Shown here one piece after another: positions 57,231 to 64,000 of a stretch of DNA of 64,000 bases. Where the stretch lies: positions 96,001 to 160,000 of the forward strand of contig CAWDKY010000014.1 of NCBI GenBank assembly GCA_963802945.1. The letters are read 5' to 3'. The notes below the pieces were generated by a model, which saw nothing but the letters and a program-made list of their open reading frames with translations, was not told where the DNA came from and did not search any database. Origin of the DNA: an uncultured delta proteobacterium (GTDB lineage: Bacteria > Desulfobacterota > RBG-13-43-22). A program made the translations under genes and the position numbers. How positions within the stretch are numbered: the first letter of the stretch is position 1; the number at the start of each line of letters is the position of its first letter.

Positions 57231-58667
57231 TCATGTTCTGGAAACCAGTATCTCCAACAGTCTTTCGTGAATATTATCAAATCCGCCGTTGGACATGATC
57301 AAAACCACATCATTGCTCTTTAGATGGTGTGAAAGAAATTTCAATATTTCATCCGTATCCGGAAAATAGCTGGCTTGTTTACCGGAAGCGATCAGCTCCT
57401 CAACCAATCGGGCCGATGAAAATCGTTCCCCTTCCGGTATCTTTTCCAGGCCGGGGGCCTCCCGGATCAGGATCAGAGCGGCTCCATCAAAGGATGAAAC
57501 ATATTCCTGTTGAAAAATATTGCGCCGGCTGGTATTGGTCCGGGGTTCAAAGACGGCGATCAATCTCCGGCCAGGATATTGCGATCTGACGGCCCGTAAG
57601 GTCTCCCGAACCGCCGTCGGATGGTGGGCAAAGTCATCGATCACAGTGACTCCGGCCTTGATCCCTCGGATTTCCTGACGGCGATGGACCCCTTGAAAGC
57701 CGGCTAATCCCTGGGCAATTGACTCGGGCTTCAAGCCCACGTGGAGCAAGATCGGAATCAGCGAGAGAAAATTCAAGGCATTATGTTCCCCGGGCATTGG
57801 GGAATCAAAACTATACCAATACGCACTGCGGCGATAAATTTTGAAACGGCTGCCGTTTTCATGGGTGGTCAAATCTTCCAAATGCCAGTCCCATTGATTT
57901 TCCATTCCATAGGTTTCCACCGGACAGGAGGCCAGGTGAATAATTTCCTGAATCCGGGGCTCGGCCCCGTAGGCCGCCAATAACCCATCTTCTGAAATAA
58001 TGGACAGGAATCGGCCAAAGGCCTTCTGTATGGTCTTTACATCAGGATAAATATCGGCATGGTCGAATTCGATGCTGGTCAAAACCGCATAGTAGGGTTG
58101 GTAATGCAAAAACTTTGGACCTTTGTCAAAAAAAGCCGTGTCGTATTCGTCCCCTTCAATCACAAAAAACGGCCCGCTGCCAAGCTGATAATTCCGTTCA
58201 TAGCCCTTAAGGATACCGCCGATCATAAAAGATGGAGATAAACCGGCTTGATCAAGGATAGAAGCCAATAAAGACGAAGTCGTCGTCTTGCCATGGGTCC
58301 CGGTCACCACCATAGGGATCTTTTTCTTGAGAAAAAATCGGGCCAGGGCCTGAGGCAGAGAAAGAAAAGGCAGCTTAAGGCGTATCAGTTCCTGGGCCTC
58401 GGGATTGACCTGAGTGATGACGTTTCCCACGATGACCAGATCAGGACGCCTTTTGAGGTTTTCCGGCCTGTAGTCCTGCATAACCTCGATCCCCATACTC
58501 GTAAGGAAAGAGCTCATGGGTGGATAAACCGCCTGGTCGGAGCCGGTGATATGAAATCCCTGCTCTTTAAGCATCCCGGCCAGAGAACCCATAGCGGTGC
58601 CGCAGATGCCCATCAGATGGATGTGTTTGATTTTTTCAGGGAGATAATTCTCCGTCAGGTCGATCAT
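57231..58667 (-). CDS. mpl: UDP-MurNAc:L-Ala-gamma-D-Glu-mDAP ligase (murein peptide ligase)
   Basis: GICGTAMG, VYPPMS, GTHGKTTT, EGDEYDTAFFDK, DDFAHHPTA, MSNGGF. Confidence 0.93.
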   Translation of the reverse strand: MIDLTENYLPEKIKHIHLMGICGTAMGSLAGMLKEQGFHITGSDQAVYPPMSSFLTSMGIEVMQDYRPENLKRRPDLVIVGNVITQVNPEAQELIRLKLPFLSLPQALARFFLKKKIPMVVTGTHGKTTTSSLLASILDQAGLSPSFMIGGILKGYERNYQLGSGPFFVIEGDEYDTAFFDKGPKFLHYQPYYAVLTSIEFDHADIYPDVKTIQKAFGRFLSIISEDGLLAAYGAEPRIQEIIHLASCPVETYGMENQWDWHLEDLTTHENGSRFKIYRRSAYWYSFDSPMPGEHNALNFLSLIPILLHVGLKPESIAQGLAGFQGVHRRQEIRGIKAGVTVIDDFAHHPTAVRETLRAVRSQYPGRRLIAVFEPRTNTSRRNIFQQEYVSSFDGAALILIREAPGLEKIPEGERFSSARLVEELIASGKQASYFPDTDEILKFLSHHLKSNDVVLIMSNGGFDNIHERLLEILVSRT

Positions 58668-58680
58668 GATTTTACCTTAA

Positions 58681-58818
58681 CAGGTTGCTGAAAAAGACCC
58701 ATCAATCCCGCTACCGGCGGGATTGCCATCACCCCTCGTCTTTGCGGCGTACTTGTTTGTACGCCTCATTCCTCGGGATTTCGGGACGTCTTGTATCTAG
58801 ACCTTTTTGAGCAACCTG
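58681..58818. mobile_element. MITE-like element (copy 2)
   Basis: CAGGTTGCTGAAAAAG ... CTTTTTGAGCAACCTG; internal extra palindrome ATCCCGCTACCGGCGGGAT. Confidence 0.8.
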
Positions 58819-58871
58819 TAAAAAAGAGTTTTTCCGCATCCTGTTAATTTGTGCTTGGAGTTGTATAGATG

Positions 58872-60584
58872 TTATTTTGGCTTTATCTGCAGGCTGCGCA
58901 GGCGATTGACAGCCCCGGCGATTTCAAAGAGCCTGGGCCTGCCCAGGTTTCCAACTGGATAGGGCATCAGAATATCCAGCCCTTTCTCTTCGATCTCGGC
59001 CAGGGCCTTTTCTAAGCCTTCCTTGAGACAGGGGCTATTATCCAAATACTTGTTGGCATAAAGGTGAATGCACCGGCCGATGGCCCGGGTTTGACTGGTT
59101 TCCACTAACTGTTCCAGAAAAGACAGGTCAATGAACTGTTCTCCGTAAACAATGGTTTCCAGACCCTTGGCATCGATGCGGACTTCTCTGTTCCCCCGGC
59201 TGGGATCAAAACTTTCGGGTTTGGGCTGTCTGGCGGTAATTTCTCCAAAACCCTCGCCGCCTTCATCTATACGTTGAACCGGAAATTTTTGGGCAATGGC
59301 CCGGGCTTCCTGGGTCACGGCAAAAGGGCGGTAATTATTCATCCAGATGACTGTATCGGCCACTTCAAAGTAGTCCCCGGAACCCCCCATGACCAAAATG
59401 GTGGAAACCCCCAGGTCCTGATAGAGCTGGCGGACCTTGTCGATAAAAGGGGTGATCGGTTCATGGGCCTTCTGCACCAGTTCCTGCATACGCCGGTCCC
59501 GAATCATGAAATTGGTGGCTGAGGTGTCCTCATCAATCAGCAAAACTTTTGCCCCCATTTCCAGGGCCTCCATAATATTCGCGGCCTGCGAAGTGCTGCC
59601 GCTGGCGTTGTCGGTGCTGAAACGAAGCGTATCCCGAAGTAAGGGAAGTGATTTGATGAATGAGCTGATATTGACTTTTTCCACAAACCGGCCGTCTTCG
59701 GCCCTGATTTTTACCGTTGCCGCAGCAGTGACCACATATTCCCGTCCATCTCCTGGAATATGGCTATAGATCCCCAGTTCCAGGGCCCGCAGGAGGGTGG
59801 ATTTTCCCTGAAAGCCTCCACCGACAATCAGGGTGACCCCTTTGGACAGTCCGAGTCCGTTAATCAATCCTTTATGAGGAAGCTGGAAAGATACGGAGAT
59901 TTCCTGAGGGGGATAAAAGGGGACAGCCCCCATGGTCAACGGACGGGCGCTGATGCCGCTTTCCCTGGGCAGGATCGCCCCTTCGGGGATAAAGGCCACC
60001 AGCCCTTTTTCGTCAAGGGCCGATCTCAACCACTCCTGGTCCTCATAGGCATCAACAAAGTGCTTTACCTTAAGTCCCATATTGGGAAACTGAAAGACCC
60101 CTTGCTGAATAACCTTGGGCAGGTCTTCAAAAAAGATGGAAACTGCCTCCATGCCCTGAATGTTTCGCCCGGCAGACGGCAGGCCGACAGTCAGGCGCAG
60201 TTCCAGGGTTTCTCCGTCAATGATTACAGCCGATCGTTCCAGGATTTCCGGGCCGCCGGATTCGATAAACAAATGACCTCTACTCCCTGTGTCCCGGTGT
60301 TTGGAAGAAAGGTTCTGTATGGCTTGCTGGACCTGCCGACCGATAAAATCGCAAAAGCCGATCCGGCGGGTCTTGTTTTCCCACAGATCCGAAAATATCT
60401 TCCATTTTTTCAAGGAAAGGATTACCCGAAACCGGGACGGCGGGGCAAAAGGATCGGGTTGGACGCGATCGATAGACAGTTCATATTGGGAAAAAAGATA
60501 AAGGCCTTCGATATCCTGATAGGCCTTGTAGCCTTTATCATGAATACGGAACAGGGTCTTTTTCAAATCATCGGCTGATTTCAT
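58872..60584 (-). CDS. Predicted ABC-class ATPase (stand-alone ABC_ATPase family)
   Basis: VQPDPFAPPS, GGGFQGKSTLL, RAEDGR, NASGSTSQAAN, IDEDTSATNFMIRD. Confidence 0.88.
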   Translation of the reverse strand: MKSADDLKKTLFRIHDKGYKAYQDIEGLYLFSQYELSIDRVQPDPFAPPSRFRVILSLKKWKIFSDLWENKTRRIGFCDFIGRQVQQAIQNLSSKHRDTGSRGHLFIESGGPEILERSAVIIDGETLELRLTVGLPSAGRNIQGMEAVSIFFEDLPKVIQQGVFQFPNMGLKVKHFVDAYEDQEWLRSALDEKGLVAFIPEGAILPRESGISARPLTMGAVPFYPPQEISVSFQLPHKGLINGLGLSKGVTLIVGGGFQGKSTLLRALELGIYSHIPGDGREYVVTAAATVKIRAEDGRFVEKVNISSFIKSLPLLRDTLRFSTDNASGSTSQAANIMEALEMGAKVLLIDEDTSATNFMIRDRRMQELVQKAHEPITPFIDKVRQLYQDLGVSTILVMGGSGDYFEVADTVIWMNNYRPFAVTQEARAIAQKFPVQRIDEGGEGFGEITARQPKPESFDPSRGNREVRIDAKGLETIVYGEQFIDLSFLEQLVETSQTRAIGRCIHLYANKYLDNSPCLKEGLEKALAEIEEKGLDILMPYPVGNLGRPRLFEIAGAVNRLRSLQIKPK

Positions 60585-60727
60585 GCCTTCGCTCCTAACG
60601 ATTTTTTAAGATTAATATCAAAATCCGTAGAGGGTGTCATTAAAGAAATGACCCAGTCCCTTTTTTCTCCTTGAACTTCCCCTTAGCATCTTTTATGCTC
60701 TTTTCAACTCAAAGGAATTTTTACTTT

Positions 60728-61051
60728 ATGAAGCCAACGCAAAGTATGGTACTTGATTCTTATAAAGAACACTTCAAGGAAGCCTTAAATAATTACGAGA
60801 GTATTTTGGGCATCTTAGATCAATTTGAACTTGAGCTTCCCTATGACGACAATGAGTCTTTCCCGGAAGATTGGCCGGAAGATCCCACGGCCCTTTTGGG
60901 ACAATATCTTGAAATCTTGGAATTTAGTGAAATAGAGGAAGATGAGTTCCGATGCAGTGTGAATGATTTGGTTGAGAGCAACGGTGCGGAATGGTTTTGG
61001 GGCAACAGGATGAGGCTGGCAGCGGAGATTGAATTTATACGCAGGTTGTAG
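60728..61051 (+). CDS. Small acidic hypothetical protein
   Basis: 107-aa ORF divergent from the ATPase gene, protein-like composition. Confidence 0.6.
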   Translation: MKPTQSMVLDSYKEHFKEALNNYESILGILDQFELELPYDDNESFPEDWPEDPTALLGQYLEILEFSEIEEDEFRCSVNDLVESNGAEWFWGNRMRLAAEIEFIRRL

Positions 61052-61259
61052 CCTAACAGTAAGCAAAAAATAAAAGAGGACATCCGTCCCCCCCGTATTT
61101 TATCAAGCCGTAGACTTTGATTTTTAATGCCCCGTGTGCCAGCATAGGATTCTTTACTAATTTATATTATTAATAAATAATATAATAATTATTAATTGGA
61201 CAAATGCTAATTGTTTCTTTATTCTTGCCGAAAAAATATTGATTATATGAACAAAGCCC

Positions 61260-62159
61260 TTGGGAAAAATTGCCTCCATTGATATCGGTTCCAATACGTT
61301 ACGATTATTAATCGCCGAAAAAACAAGGGATGGGATTCGTGCTTTTTCCCGGGATCGGGAGATTGTCAGGTTAGGGAGAAGTTTTTATCCTAACCTGCTC
61401 CTGGCTTCCCAGGCGATGGAAGCCGCAATAACGGTCTTGAGTCGATTTAAGATCAGGACCAAGCAGGAAGGGGTGAGGAAAATCATTGCTGCCGGTACCG
61501 GGGTCCTTCGAGAGGCTAAAAATAGTTCTGATTTTCTGGAAAGGGTTAAAAGGGAAACCGGGGTATCGGTTAAGATTCTTAAAGGGACTGAGGAAGCCCG
61601 GATTATGGCTAAGGGGGTGCTTTCCGTTTTTCCTTCAACCTTTGGGAGAACTGTTATTTTTGATGTGGGCGGCGGGAGCACCGAATTTGTTGTTGTGACC
61701 GATGCGCAGATAGGCCGAAGGACCAGTTTGCCCCTTGGGGTTGTGGAATTAACCGAAAGGTTTTTAATGTCCGATCCACCGAAAAAGAAAGAAGCGGATT
61801 CTCTGAAGGTTCATTGCCAAAATATTTTAAGGAAAAATTTGCCAAAGGATGATAAAATAAATTGCTTAATTGGAACGGCAGGGACTATTACCACTTTAGC
61901 TGCAATGGTCAAAAAGCTTTCCAACTATGACCCGGAGAAGATCAATGAGACGGTACTGACCAAAGAAAATCTTATTGAATTATCAAAAAAGATCTTAGCC
62001 CTTTCTTGTCATCAAAGGGCCGAATTGACAGGTCTGGAAACTGAAAGGGCCGATATCATCGGAGCCGGGATTCTGCTGGTTCTGGAGGTTATGGATTATT
62101 TTTCCAAAGAGTCCCTGCTGGTCAGTGATGCCGGGCTGTTGGAAGGATTGATTTTATAG
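61260..62159 (+). CDS. ppx: Ppx/GppA family phosphatase
   Basis: IDIGSNTLRL, LREAKN, EEAR, DVGGGSTE, GTAGT, RADII, GLLEG. Confidence 0.92.
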   Translation: MGKIASIDIGSNTLRLLIAEKTRDGIRAFSRDREIVRLGRSFYPNLLLASQAMEAAITVLSRFKIRTKQEGVRKIIAAGTGVLREAKNSSDFLERVKRETGVSVKILKGTEEARIMAKGVLSVFPSTFGRTVIFDVGGGSTEFVVVTDAQIGRRTSLPLGVVELTERFLMSDPPKKKEADSLKVHCQNILRKNLPKDDKINCLIGTAGTITTLAAMVKKLSNYDPEKINETVLTKENLIELSKKILALSCHQRAELTGLETERADIIGAGILLVLEVMDYFSKESLLVSDAGLLEGLIL

Positions 62160-62161
62160 AA

Positions 62162-63781
<1,620 letters not shown>

Positions 63782-63786
63782 ATAGA

Positions 63787-63820
63787 GGTTCACGGTTCAT
63801 GGTTTAAGGTTCAAGGTATA
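63787..63820 (+). repeat. Heptameric tandem repeat preceding the four-helix-bundle gene
   Basis: GGTTCAC GGTTCAT GGTTTAA GGTTCAA GGTATAA. Confidence 0.75.
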
Positions 63821-63848
63821 AATCTTAGGTGCATGAGAGACAGAATAA

Positions 63849-64000
63849 GTGGGGAATTTTATCGAACTAAAAGTCTGGCAACGATCTAAGGATTTATCCG
63901 TATTTATTTATCAGTTGACCAACCAAGGCTTTTTTCTAAAGATTTTGGTTTGAGAGATCAGATTCGCCGTGCCGCGGTATCCGTTCCGAGCAATATCGCC
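63849..64000 (+). CDS. Four-helix-bundle protein (23S rRNA-IVP-like), partial; frameshift in T-run at ~63930
   Basis: GNFIELKVWQRSKDL... then KDFGLRDQIRRAAVSVPSNIA in the adjacent frame. Confidence 0.82.

Noticed and set aside
61051-61116. Possible attC after the small acidic gene (GCCTAAC ... TCAAGCCGTAGAC)
   Set aside because: No complementary L boxes and no intact GTT core; isolated from the array.

Overview
Chromosomal window from an anaerobic bacterium, probably Desulfobacterota/deltaproteobacterial (inferred from gene content and intergenic repeat types). It opens with the end of the alpha ribosomal operon (rpsM-rpsK-rpsD-rpoA-rplQ) and an initiator tRNA-Met. A 14-kb glycerol cluster follows, in which glpAB and glpK bracket a heterodisulfide-reductase-like module (hdrC, hdrB, large hdrA/HdrL, mvhD plus an HdrD/GlpC-like domain), and the antiterminator glpP comes last. 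The terminator-containing leader of glpA recurs 40 kb away in front of tandem membrane-bound alpha/beta hydrolases, which suggests a GlpP regulon linking lipid or ester hydrolysis to glycerol oxidation. The 17-35 kb accessory region is a mosaic of mostly minus-strand one- to three-gene modules separated by two families of decayed repeats, one of which looks derived from an RHS/YD-repeat gene. A second unrecognised RNA motif (hairpin plus terminator) occurs twice. A three-cassette attC array without an integrase (CALIN) lies at 54.7-56.7 kb and carries B-box-like, PD-(D/E)xK-like and HEPN-like genes. The rest comprises beta-oxidation genes, MITE/REP-like elements, mpl, ppx, guaB and a partial four-helix-bundle gene. 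About ten scattered single-base frameshifts look like long-read assembly errors. All calls come from reading the sequence by eye; no database searches were run.
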